DNA of 34,311 nucleotides, taken from positions 1 to 34,311 of IMG/VR virus record IMGVR_UViG_3300022177_000083; one strand, written 5' to 3'. The notes beneath the pieces are model-generated. The model was not told the DNA's origin. It did not search any database and saw nothing but the letters and a program-made list of their open reading frames with translations. Made by a program: the position numbers and the translations under genes. This stretch comes from a virus (Duplodnaviria; Caudoviricetes). The first letter of the stretch is position 1. Each line of letters begins with the position of its first letter. Positions 25,206-33,174 of the stretch are shown here, piece after piece.

Positions 25206-25782
25206 TATGAACGCATACATAATGAGTTAATTTCCCTTCTATGACTTCCACAATAATTCTTTTCTCCCATTGTCCAATTGGAGAAATCCTCACCTCAACC
25301 CATTTCCCACGTTTAAATTCATGTTGTGGCTCAGACTGAGGCTCTGGGTTTAGCTGTATCTTGCGGCAATGCTGCCAGCCGAATGATTGAAAGGTTTTCC
25401 CGGACTGGAAAAAACTAATATCTTCCTCTATTACTACTTGATGAGGGAATTTGTCACCTTCAATGTATGCGATATATATTCCCTTATTCCAAATTTCTTC
25501 ATTATTGTTCCTCACCTCCACCATTTCCCCCCGTGTAAATTCCGGCTCGTCTTTTAGGAAGGCTGAAATAGGGTAGGATGGCAGGTCTGTTTCGTCTATA
25601 CCTGCCCAAAATGTTGCTGACCCATCATGCAATATTTGATAATAAGTCCGAGCGCCTGTGCATTCTAAATTATCATCTGGAAATGCGATAGATAAAATTT
25701 CATTTAGCTGTTCTAACGTACCACCCGTATTCTCAACGGCAGCATCACCTTTGCTCAGTTTCTCAATAAGTTTCTGGTTCAT
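25195..25782 (-). CDS. Hypothetical protein with repeated EFxRGxxVEVR domain, probably 3'-truncated
   Basis: Second repeat is cut where the recombinase remnant begins. Confidence 0.65.
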   Translation of the reverse strand: MNQKLIEKLSKGDAAVENTGGTLEQLNEILSIAFPDDNLECTGARTYYQILHDGSATFWAGIDETDLPSYPISAFLKDEPEFTRGEMVEVRNNNEEIWNKGIYIAYIEGDKFPHQVVIEEDISFFQSGKTFQSFGWQHCRKIQLNPEPQSEPQHEFKRGKWVEVRISPIGQWEKRIIVEVIEGKLTHYVCVHSSY

Positions 25783-25818
25783 CTCTTTGTGTTTTAAGTT
25801 TGTACTTTTTTCATCCGG

Positions 25819-26130
25819 CCTCCTCGCCGGTGTTTGTTATTATTTGAATAAATCAAGTTGACTTTTGATCTTTTTATTTGTTTTACCATCAATCACTTCA
25901 ACCTTATGCATGTCGATGTATTCCCGGCTGGGCGTATACAGAAAAGAAGCGATAATCATCTTTGTTCCGATTTCGTCTTTGAGGTAGTCAAATGCTTCCT
26001 CTCTGGCTCTTTCAAGCGATTTTACGACACATCCTTCGTGTTGCCCTATCTTACCGTCAATGGCAAAAACTATGTATCTTACTTCACCTTCCATTTAATG
26101 CTGTCCTCCTCGCCGGTTGGTTTGTAATTA
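25819..26130. repeat. Direct repeat CCTCCTCGCCGGT flanking the 84-aa gene
   Basis: Identical 13-mers at 25819-25831 and 26105-26117, with similar gtttgtWatta flanks reaching each upstream stop codon. Confidence 0.75.
25840..26094 (-). CDS. Hypothetical protein
   Basis: ORF in operon orientation ending in QLDLFK. Confidence 0.65.
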   Translation of the reverse strand: MEGEVRYIVFAIDGKIGQHEGCVVKSLERAREEAFDYLKDEIGTKMIIASFLYTPSREYIDMHKVEVIDGKTNKKIKSQLDLFK

Positions 26131-26448
26131 CCTTGTTTTCCCTGATTTTGAAGCATGGCACCTAAAGCACAATGCCTGACAGTTTTCTGCATTGAGCGGA
26201 TGTGGAAATTTTCCACCATCGGTGTCCCATCCGTTAACCGGGTTGATACTGATAATATGGTCAACCGTTGTTGCCTGCTCAACTATTCCTTGTGCTTCAC
26301 ACATCACACAGATAGGATGTGACTGAAGGAATGCCTTCCGGAAATTTCGCCAGGCTGTTGAATGATAGAATTTATTGTCAACAGCTTTTTCAAAAGCAAT
26401 CTGCTTTGGTTGCCAGGGTCTTCTGTTATTTCGTGGTATAGTTGGCAT
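26128..26448 (-). CDS. HNH endonuclease (terminase-associated, HK97 gp74-like)
   Basis: FYHS.AW, PICVMC, ATTVDHII, NCQALCFRCHASKS. Confidence 0.9.
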   Translation of the reverse strand: MPTIPRNNRRPWQPKQIAFEKAVDNKFYHSTAWRNFRKAFLQSHPICVMCEAQGIVEQATTVDHIISINPVNGWDTDGGKFPHPLNAENCQALCFRCHASKSGKTR

Positions 26449-26665
26449 TGATGATTGTTTTTAGTTTTTCAAGTTGCATGCTTTCTTTCGTCAGGGTTGT
26501 CACAACTTCAATGTGATAGTTGATTGACGCTATTTCTTTATCAAGTTTGATGTAGGTGTTGAAATCATTGCATTTTTCAAGCTGCTGATATAGCTTTTCT
26601 CTGTCTTTCTTGAGCTTTGCAATCTTCCCGCTTATGTTCTGCCAGCTGTCATTGATTCCTTTCAT
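26426..26665 (-). CDS. Hypothetical coiled-coil protein
   Basis: Overlaps both neighbours. Confidence 0.6.
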   Translation of the reverse strand: MKGINDSWQNISGKIAKLKKDREKLYQQLEKCNDFNTYIKLDKEIASINYHIEVVTTLTKESMQLEKLKTIINANYTTK

Positions 26666-27471
26666 ATCAGTTCGCTTAGTTCTGTTTCCATTTCAATCAG
26701 TTCATCGAAAAATATTTTAAGCGCCATCTCTCTGGCTGTGTTTTTTACAATTTCGTTGTTGTCAGGGTGCTTTACTACTTCAAAGGCAATGCTTCTGATA
26801 TTACTTTCCCGACTGCTGTTTAATATCGTCTGCCTTGCTTCTGATATACACTTTTGTTTTGCATGAGCAAGGATTTCTTTCTTACGTTCAAGACTATGGT
26901 TGATAATCCCTAATGCTTCCAGGTGCTTGAATTTCGCACCGCCTAAATCAATCAGACTTCCGTTTTCTTTATATTTCTGAAATGCTTTCAGGCAAGATTC
27001 ATTCATGAATCGCTGAATTTCTTCAGCGGTTGGGATCACCTCTTTTTCCTGTTCCTGCCTCAAAAGTTTAAGTTTCCTGATAGCTTCTTCCCGTTCCTCT
27101 GATTTTTTATAGGCTTTGATAAATTGGTTGATGGTTGAAACGTTTATCCCGAAAAATTCTCCGTATTCCTTCCGGATGCCGTTTTCAACTGCTATTTCAA
27201 ATTCCTTTACTGTAAGTGTTGGATAGCGCTTCTTTAAGTCATTCATCACTTCTTTTGCCATCACTTTGATGTGATTTTTCTGCTCCTCAAACGTTTCTCC
27301 TTTCACAGTAATACCGTAATCAACATGTGCTTTATTGATCACATTTACAATGTGTCTAATCAGATCATACGTTGAAACATTTTTGATAAGAGGCGCTTTG
27401 AATGCTTCAATCACACTTTTTTCAAGCTGTGTGAACCGATTTTCTTCATATTTTACTATTTCAGTATTCAT
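26662..27471 (-). CDS. Hypothetical replication-module protein
   Basis: Follows the initiator; start taken at MNTEIVK; AVENGIRKEYGEFFGINVSTI motif. Confidence 0.6.
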   Translation of the reverse strand: MNTEIVKYEENRFTQLEKSVIEAFKAPLIKNVSTYDLIRHIVNVINKAHVDYGITVKGETFEEQKNHIKVMAKEVMNDLKKRYPTLTVKEFEIAVENGIRKEYGEFFGINVSTINQFIKAYKKSEEREEAIRKLKLLRQEQEKEVIPTAEEIQRFMNESCLKAFQKYKENGSLIDLGGAKFKHLEALGIINHSLERKKEILAHAKQKCISEARQTILNSSRESNIRSIAFEVVKHPDNNEIVKNTAREMALKIFFDELIEMETELSELI

Positions 27472-28282
27472 TGTGAAGATTGTTTTGGTATTCGACTTCA
27501 AGTTCCATCTGAATGCTTTCGTTTAATTCAATTGCTTGTGTCGTTGAGTTTACCGGTTTCATCTGTTGTTTATTTGCTTGACGTGAAGCCCAGTTACGGA
27601 AGTGTCCCTGAATATTTTTCAGTGGTTTGAAATATTCTGAATCAGCTTTTATCACATTCAGGAAGGTTGGAATCAGGTACCTAATCTCATCCGGAGTTTT
27701 CCCCAGCGCAATCGCAACATTTTCATGCCAGCTGTTTGAATTTTTAAGCTCCCGGGAAATCGCCCCGAATCTTTTATCTTTTTGCTCGTCTGTAAGAAGA
27801 TCCTCTGTTAAGTTTCTTAAAACATCAACAACATCACTATCAGATAAATTTTCTTCGCGCGCGTTTTTACTCCCTTCCTTTCCTATTCCTTTCCCTTCCT
27901 TTCCTTTCCCCGTTGACTTTTCGGTGAATTCCGGTGAATTTTCGGTGAATTCCGGTGAATTTGGATAAGGTATTTTACTTTGCGCTTCTTTCATATTAAT
28001 TACCTGATGTTTCAGGAATTTCGGGATAAAGGCGTATTCTTCATTATCAACTTTGTATGTGATAAGAAGCTTATTGTTGATTAATTCAGATGAAATTTCA
28101 TCAATATCAACCGGATCAGCAGGCAGGTACCGTAACTTCAATGTAAACGGCTTCCAGGTTAATCTACCTTCCCGGTCAGCTTCGCACCATAAACCGATAT
28201 AAAATAATCTGGCTAATGGTGAAAGTCTGACTATATCTTCACTGGTGAAAAATTCTGGTTTTATTGTCCGTATCCTTGCCAT
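27461..28282 (-). CDS. Replication initiator-like protein
   Basis: MARIRTIKPEFF, RLFYIGLW..AD.EG, F.KHQ N-terminus; low-complexity linker containing iterons. Confidence 0.75.
   Translation of the reverse strand: MARIRTIKPEFFTSEDIVRLSPLARLFYIGLWCEADREGRLTWKPFTLKLRYLPADPVDIDEISSELINNKLLITYKVDNEEYAFIPKFLKHQVINMKEAQSKIPYPNSPEFTENSPEFTEKSTGKGKEGKGIGKEGSKNAREENLSDSDVVDVLRNLTEDLLTDEQKDKRFGAISRELKNSNSWHENVAIALGKTPDEIRYLIPTFLNVIKADSEYFKPLKNIQGHFRNWASRQANKQQMKPVNSTTQAIELNESIQMELEVEYQNNLHNEY
27870..27961. repeat. Iteron-like repeats, candidate phage replication origin
   Basis: CGGTGAATT at 27922, 27932, 27943, 27953, next to a polypyrimidine tract at ~27870-27911. Confidence 0.7.
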
Positions 28283-28288
28283 GTCGGA

Positions 28289-28951
28289 TTATTTGCTGGT
28301 ACTTGTTATCTTATTAAGAACATTGTATAAACAACGCATAAAATTAGCAGGTGTAATCAATTCATCAATTGATAGGTACACGCCTGCATATAAATCAAAT
28401 TCTTCTATAATAGCCTGCTTATCTTCAATACATAAGAGTGTCATGCAAAATTTATCAATATTTTCATTTAGTTTAATTTTGTTATATAATGCACAAGTAA
28501 TATGATATTTCAATTCAAATAAATCCTCATCGTGGTATATTGATTCTTCACATTTACTTTCATATTTATTAGCCATTTCTGTATTAAAATAATTTCCACG
28601 CTCTTTTTTCTTTATGTAACGGAAATCGTTATCAGTATCGAATATTACAGTACTTTTATGACTTGGTTCTTCTTTTTTTTGAATTTTATAGTTTGCCCAG
28701 TTCCTAAAATACTTCCTCAATGATGGCAAAGTCATATAATACTTTTGATCGATAAATATCATATGAATGAACAAATTAAGACGTTTTTTAGTATCATTAT
28801 ATGATATTCCCAATTCTTTAGAAACATCATTCAACCATAAATCATCGTTATTTAACTTAGATGATATATTATATTTTCTTACCTGTACTTCTTCATTTGT
28901 CAGATTCTTGTTGAACGCTGAAAAATTTGGATTCACAAATGTTTTTCTCAT
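28289..28951 (-). CDS. AT-rich hypothetical protein sharing a domain with the initiator C-terminus
   Basis: W.NDVSKELG...F...KYY..L..LRKYFRNWAN versus W.ENVAIALG...F...EYF.PL..IQGHFRNWAS. Confidence 0.65.
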   Translation of the reverse strand: MRKTFVNPNFSAFNKNLTNEEVQVRKYNISSKLNNDDLWLNDVSKELGISYNDTKKRLNLFIHMIFIDQKYYMTLPSLRKYFRNWANYKIQKKEEPSHKSTVIFDTDNDFRYIKKKERGNYFNTEMANKYESKCEESIYHDEDLFELKYHITCALYNKIKLNENIDKFCMTLLCIEDKQAIIEEFDLYAGVYLSIDELITPANFMRCLYNVLNKITSTSK

Positions 28952-28979
28952 GGCTTTTATTACTTTAAGGCATTAGTTA

Positions 28980-29201
28980 TTATTTTTTTTTCGGTGAATG
29001 GTCAATCCGACGATAGTATGTTTTCCCGTCAAAACCAGTGTATCTTTCATAAAAAGGATAATCTTCTTCCTCATCAATTTTATCAAAGAAATCCTTAGTC
29101 CAGATTATTATCACATAACCAAGAATGTAAATCCCGATAAATACTGCCAAAATAGAAGCGATTATCACGGTTGAATCTGTTGAAAGTGCAATGTAATTCA
29201 T
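28980..29201 (-). CDS. Small membrane protein
   Basis: One long hydrophobic helix VIIASILAVFIGIYILGYVIIIW. Confidence 0.6.
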   Translation of the reverse strand: MNYIALSTDSTVIIASILAVFIGIYILGYVIIIWTKDFFDKIDEEEDYPFYERYTGFDGKTYYRRIDHSPKKK

Positions 29202-29214
29202 AGTTTTCAGGTGT

Positions 29215-29415
29215 TTAAATCTGTTCTAAAGGTAACTTAAACGCACGGTCTGAATCATCTATACAAATCATCGGTTCAAGCGAACCATGTTCCGAAATGT
29301 AATATCTATTTATCAGTCCGATAAAGACAGTATAATCTTTGCCTTTAATTGTATTCGGCAGTTTTGTTTTTCTGTCTTTTAATGACATTTTGCAAGTGAG
29401 TTTTAGTTTTCTCAT
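29215..29415 (-). CDS. Hypothetical protein
   Basis: ORF from MRKLKL in operon orientation. Confidence 0.5.
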   Translation of the reverse strand: MRKLKLTCKMSLKDRKTKLPNTIKGKDYTVFIGLINRYYISEHGSLEPMICIDDSDRAFKLPLEQI

Positions 29416-29435
29416 ATATTGCCTTTTTACTATTT

Positions 29436-29506
29436 GCACCGGATAAGGGGATCGAACCCTTTTAGCCCAATTGCTTCCGATGTATTTACCCTATTTTAAG
29501 CCGGGC
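29436..29506 (-). ncRNA. Degenerate tRNA-like element
   Basis: Perfect T-arm AAGGG-TTCGATC-CCCTT (29461-29445), partial acceptor pairing, tRNA-like length; D and anticodon stems do not pair. Confidence 0.35.
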
Positions 29507-29674
29507 AGGTTATCTGGTTACCACCCCGCCTTGTTTACCATTCCGCTTCAAAGTTTCCGCCAGCGACAGTTTGCCAAAATCACCTGCATTACTATGTTCG
29601 AGGGATGCAGGGTTATGGTGGTAAACATCACACTTCAGGCGCATGAAGTGTCACCTTACGCCAGCCCCTCTCTA

Positions 29675-29896
29675 CTAATTCCTTAAATAATATCTTGCAA
29701 CCCGCTTGCCGGAAGGCACCTTTACGATTTCAGTTACGATGTCGTAACCCTGGTTCCTCAAATCGTGAATTCTACCAGATGCCCGGTAACAATTGAAGCG
29801 TTTCAAAATTTCAAGTGGTGTTAATTTTTCACCCCTTTTTAATGCTTCAAGTATCAACTTCTCCTGACTTGTCGTGTCAAATAAATCCTGTTGCAT
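29675..29896 (-). CDS. Winged-HTH protein
   Basis: ILEALKRG.KLTPLE...RASGRIHDLR.QGYDI.T. Confidence 0.8.
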   Translation of the reverse strand: MQQDLFDTTSQEKLILEALKRGEKLTPLEILKRFNCYRASGRIHDLRNQGYDIVTEIVKVPSGKRVARYYLRN

Positions 29897-29901
29897 CGTA
29901 T

Positions 29902-30159
29902 TTACTGTTGAAGTTTGTACAATTCAAAATCACATCTCCTGGCTTTGTAGCGTCCACCATACTTTTTGACAACACCATTTCTCAAAAGTGAAGGAAGAAG
30001 CCTATTTCGGAAGCCGGAAACGCTACACTTTAATTCATCTGCCATTTCATTGATGTCAAGCATACTTGTGTCTTGTGCCGGGTTGTTCTGTTCCCGAAGT
30101 ATTTTCACTTCCTGCATAAGCTCATCAAGCTTTCTCATTATTAATTCGTGTTCGCTCAT
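29902..30159 (-). CDS. Excisionase-like HTH protein
   Basis: MLDINEMADELKCSVSGFR...KYGGRY MerR/Xis-like pattern. Confidence 0.6.
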   Translation of the reverse strand: MSEHELIMRKLDELMQEVKILREQNNPAQDTSMLDINEMADELKCSVSGFRNRLLPSLLRNGVVKKYGGRYKARRCDFELYKLQQ

Positions 30160-30161
30160 GG

Positions 30162-30377
30162 CTAACTAATGATTAAAGAATTACTTATTTGTTCTGAAAT
30201 TGAAGCAGCAGCAATGTGACTGTGCAATCCTCTTGCTTTTCGTAGTTTCACAATCAGAAGTTTTTTTTCTGCTTCGTTGTCAAAGCGATGATTCATTATT
30301 CTTGATTCAAGGCTTGAAGTGTGTTCTGAAAGCGCTTCACTCAGGATGCTCAAATTATATGATCCTTCAATTTTCAT
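30162..30377 (-). CDS. Hypothetical protein
   Basis: Coupled to neighbours. Confidence 0.55.
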   Translation of the reverse strand: MKIEGSYNLSILSEALSEHTSSLESRIMNHRFDNEAEKKLLIVKLRKARGLHSHIAAASISEQISNSLIIS

Positions 30378-30925
30378 AGCGTGTTCATCATGTTTCGGGT
30401 GAAGTAACTTGCAATGGCATTCCTGGAGGGTAGATTAAGTTTCTGCTTAATATGCAGAAGGGTGCTGTGAATCGTGATAGGGGTTACGAATTTGGCAATT
30501 GCAATTTGCTCAACGGTGAAGCCTTTAGCGATTTCGCAACCGACTTCCACTTCACGGGCTGAAAGGCTTTCACCCTGTACGCTGAATTTCTTGCGACAGA
30601 CAAGACCATATCCTTTGCAACTATATTTCATTTTGCAGTTGATCATTTCATCGTCTTTGGCACATGTGCCGAAATCAGCATTTTCATTCAGGGAACCATA
30701 CCGGCAAGCGGCATACCTTTTCAACCTTTCAACAGGTTCGTGAATTCCCATAAGGGTCAATCCATCCTGTGCTTTACGGTCATTTTCAAGGGCATCAGCC
30801 AAAAGGTCAATGGCTGAAAGCGGAGCATCATTGAAATCATACACGGTCCTTCCGTGAATCACTTTTACTTCACCCATCCAGGTAAAGAATTCAGTGCTTT
30901 TTGTGTCAATCATTGCCGGGTTCAT
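30374..30925 (-). CDS. LuxR-type HTH regulator
   Basis: LSAREVEV...IAKGFTVEQIA....TPITIHSTL.HIKQKL; Cys cluster upstream. Confidence 0.8.
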   Translation of the reverse strand: MNPAMIDTKSTEFFTWMGEVKVIHGRTVYDFNDAPLSAIDLLADALENDRKAQDGLTLMGIHEPVERLKRYAACRYGSLNENADFGTCAKDDEMINCKMKYSCKGYGLVCRKKFSVQGESLSAREVEVGCEIAKGFTVEQIAIAKFVTPITIHSTLLHIKQKLNLPSRNAIASYFTRNMMNTL

Positions 30926-30942
30926 AATATTTGGTTTAAGGG

Positions 30943-31170
30943 TTAGGATTCAAGTTTCTTCGCCAGCCTTGCTTCATCCCTTTTCCTTTTATTGATTATG
31001 TTGACAGCTACTTCAAGAATCAGGTAACTTGGTCGCTTTGTCTTCCCCGTAAGGTGATTTGAAATAGTCACCTTCGATAGCCCTGTTTTTTCGGCTATAC
31101 TGGTGATGTCACCTCTGGTAAGTTTACCTTTTACAAGTTGAAGCAATTCAGTGTCTTGTAATTTTTTCAT
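30943..31170 (-). CDS. Cro-like HTH protein
   Basis: ITSIAEKTGLSKVTISNHLTGK; first gene of the leftward operon. Confidence 0.8.
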   Translation of the reverse strand: MKKLQDTELLQLVKGKLTRGDITSIAEKTGLSKVTISNHLTGKTKRPSYLILEVAVNIINKRKRDEARLAKKLES

Positions 31171-31179
31171 AATATTTAT

Positions 31180-31279
31180 GTTGCTTTTACTTTCCTTATG
31201 CTTTACATTTGCTTAACAAGATGTGACAAAGATAAGGGAAATTAACACTGATGTCAAGTAAAATTAACAGAAATGTTAA
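31180..31279. promoter_or_regulatory. Lysis/lysogeny switch: two promoters and operators
   Basis: Plus strand GTTG-N20-TACATTTG (31180-31211); minus strand CTTG-N20-TATCTTTG (31258-31227); operators TTAACA-N4-TGTYAA at 31242-31257 and 31264-31279. Confidence 0.65.
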
Positions 31280-31308
31280 AAATAATTGAAAATAATTTGT
31301 AATAGATT

Positions 31309-31710
31309 ATGAATGAGCGCCTTGAAATTGTGATTCAAAGTCTGGGAATGCAGAAAAAAGCATTTGCACAGGCTGTCGGGATGAATCCTACATCACTTTC
31401 AAGGGTATTGTCTGGCAGATCGGCTGTAACGCAAGACTTAATTAGTGAAATCGTAAAGCAATTCGGAGTAAATAGAAAATGGATAGAATCCGGGGATGAT
31501 GCTTATCCCATTTTTGATGAAAAAATGAATCCTGCTATATTGCAGGTAACTCAATCAAACTCAGACAAATCTATGGAAAATGAATTAATTAACAGATCCT
31601 TAATTCGACTTCAGGATCAGGTTTATGAAATGCAAGTGAAGATTGGTAAGCTGGAAGATAGGTTAAACGCATTAGAAAGTCCCTTAAAAAAAAAGAACAA
31701 TGCAGGGTAA
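31309..31710 (+). CDS. CI-like XRE repressor
   Basis: KKAFAQAVGMNPTSLSRVLSGR...VNRKWIESG; divergent from Cro; C-terminal coiled coil with no S24 peptidase motifs. Confidence 0.85.
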   Translation: MNERLEIVIQSLGMQKKAFAQAVGMNPTSLSRVLSGRSAVTQDLISEIVKQFGVNRKWIESGDDAYPIFDEKMNPAILQVTQSNSDKSMENELINRSLIRLQDQVYEMQVKIGKLEDRLNALESPLKKKNNAG

Positions 31711-31886
31711 TCAGACTCAATGTAAATCAAGAAGAAAGGAGGCAGGCAAACGAAAGATAAGAATTGCCGGGAAACCTTTTAACTCATCTGATATTATTTA
31801 TCTTTGCTTGATAGGAGGGAATATTTTTTTAAAGTATAATCGGGATATTATACAAGACATAAGGCAAGAAACTTGGTTCTAATCAA

Positions 31887-32336
31887 ATGAGTATGAGAAA
31901 AATAAGTATTACAGCAATGCTGTTATTTGCTACTGCTGTGTCATTCGGTCAACTACGAGTACATCAGTCCGTTTATCCCAGGCAGGCAAATGTGATCACA
32001 ATATCGCATTCTGAAGATAAGGGTGTCGTTAATGACAGGTTCAGGAAACTACTTCTTGATGAAGGGTATAAAATAAGGAAGGAAGATCCTTCAATCGAAA
32101 CTGAAGAAAAATACTTCAGCAAGTTTGTCGGAAGAATTCAAGTTGATGTCTTGGATAATAGCATTCAACTCCGGGGATGGGTAAGAAGCGCATTGAATCC
32201 TAATCCGGCAGAACATAGGTCAACGTTCTGGGGTACAAAGTTTTTTTTAATGAGGCACGGATTTGATGAAATGGAACGCCTTGCTGATATTTACAAAGCG
32301 AAATACAACGGCTCAATCAGCGGGTACATAGAATAA
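31887..32336 (+). CDS. Secreted/periplasmic protein in the lysogenic operon
   Basis: Signal peptide MRKISITAMLLFATAVSFG-Q. Confidence 0.7.
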   Translation: MSMRKISITAMLLFATAVSFGQLRVHQSVYPRQANVITISHSEDKGVVNDRFRKLLLDEGYKIRKEDPSIETEEKYFSKFVGRIQVDVLDNSIQLRGWVRSALNPNPAEHRSTFWGTKFFLMRHGFDEMERLADIYKAKYNGSISGYIE

Positions 32337-32358
32337 AAAAGCCCCTTTTATGGGGCTT
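32335..32358. terminator. Terminator between convergent genes
   Basis: AAGCCCC-TTTTAT-GGGGCTT with an A run on the left side. Confidence 0.7.
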
Positions 32359-32758
32359 ATTGATTTAGGCAATACCGGATTATTTTTTCAAGGCTATCCG
32401 TCCGGATAGCTCTTTTGTCGTTAACGAAATCGCTTATCGTTGCCTTTCGCACTCCGGTTTCCCGGGAAATTTCGGCAGCTCTTTTGCGTGTCCTTGCTAT
32501 CAGGGCAACGATGAATATCCGAATGTTCACCGGGTTGTCGTTATCCCCGGTGAGGGCGGAGAAAAGCATGTCGGTTATCACGGAAGCCGTGATCCCGTAT
32601 CTGCCGGTTTGGCGGGCTTCCTGGGTCCGGCTCAGGAGGTCGTAGCAGAGGTTCAGCACCGCCTGAACCTCCTTCTCCTTGTGAGTTAACTCACCCCCGT
32701 GCAGTTCGATTGCATCGAGGGTGGTTAATTCTTTAGATATTACTTCGAGAGTTTTCAT
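32357..32758 (-). CDS. Protein with C-terminal XRE HTH
   Basis: AAEISRETGVRKATISDFVNDKRAIRTDSLEKI; start reassigned to MKTLEV. Confidence 0.75.
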   Translation of the reverse strand: MKTLEVISKELTTLDAIELHGGELTHKEKEVQAVLNLCYDLLSRTQEARQTGRYGITASVITDMLFSALTGDNDNPVNIRIFIVALIARTRKRAAEISRETGVRKATISDFVNDKRAIRTDSLEKIIRYCLNQ

Positions 32759-32798
32759 AAGGTTATGCCCGTATCGCCGGTAGCGCAGCGTAGTTATG

Positions 32799-33050
32799 TT
32801 AGAAATTATTGTTAAAGAAATCAAATGCAATTTGCTTTTCCTCTTCGGTCAAGTCGCTTCCAAAGTCATTAATTTCTGCAAAATTGAACAGCCACCTATA
32901 AAAATCGGGGTCTGATTCCGCTTCCAATTCACACCATTCAGCTATTGATAGCTGTTCTTCTTCGTTTTGTTCTTCCCACCTGCTTACATATCTTCTGTAA
33001 TTTTCTTTTATTCTCTGTGCTGCATAAGCAGCGATAGTTAATTTTTTCAT
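32799..33050 (-). CDS. Small acidic hypothetical protein
   Basis: Start reassigned to MKKLTI, downstream of a promoter. Confidence 0.65.
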   Translation of the reverse strand: MKKLTIAAYAAQRIKENYRRYVSRWEEQNEEEQLSIAEWCELEAESDPDFYRWLFNFAEINDFGSDLTEEEKQIAFDFFNNNF

Positions 33051-33088
33051 GACTTTTGTGTTTAAGGTTATCGTTTGATTGAATGATG

Positions 33089-33154
33089 CGAAATTACGAT
33101 AATTAGTAACACTTGTCAAGTGTTTTAACAAAAAATATTACTATAAATAGTAAT
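33089..33154 (-). promoter_or_regulatory. Promoter with palindromic operators
   Basis: CTTG-N20-TAATTTCG (33120-33089); ATTACTAT-AA-ATAGTAAT (33137-33154) and a degenerate copy (33093-33110). Confidence 0.55.
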
Positions 33155-33174
33155 TTAGAGGGAATCTAAATAAG

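Noticed and set aside
27922-27961. CRISPR array
   Set aside because: 9-bp repeats without spacers inside a coding gene; no cas genes in the window
29471-29686. Plus-strand 71-aa ORF
   Set aside because: TTG start, antisense to the operon, overlaps the structured non-coding region
31700-31882. 60-aa ORF after the repressor
   Set aside because: Position is plausible but there is no motif support; left uncalled
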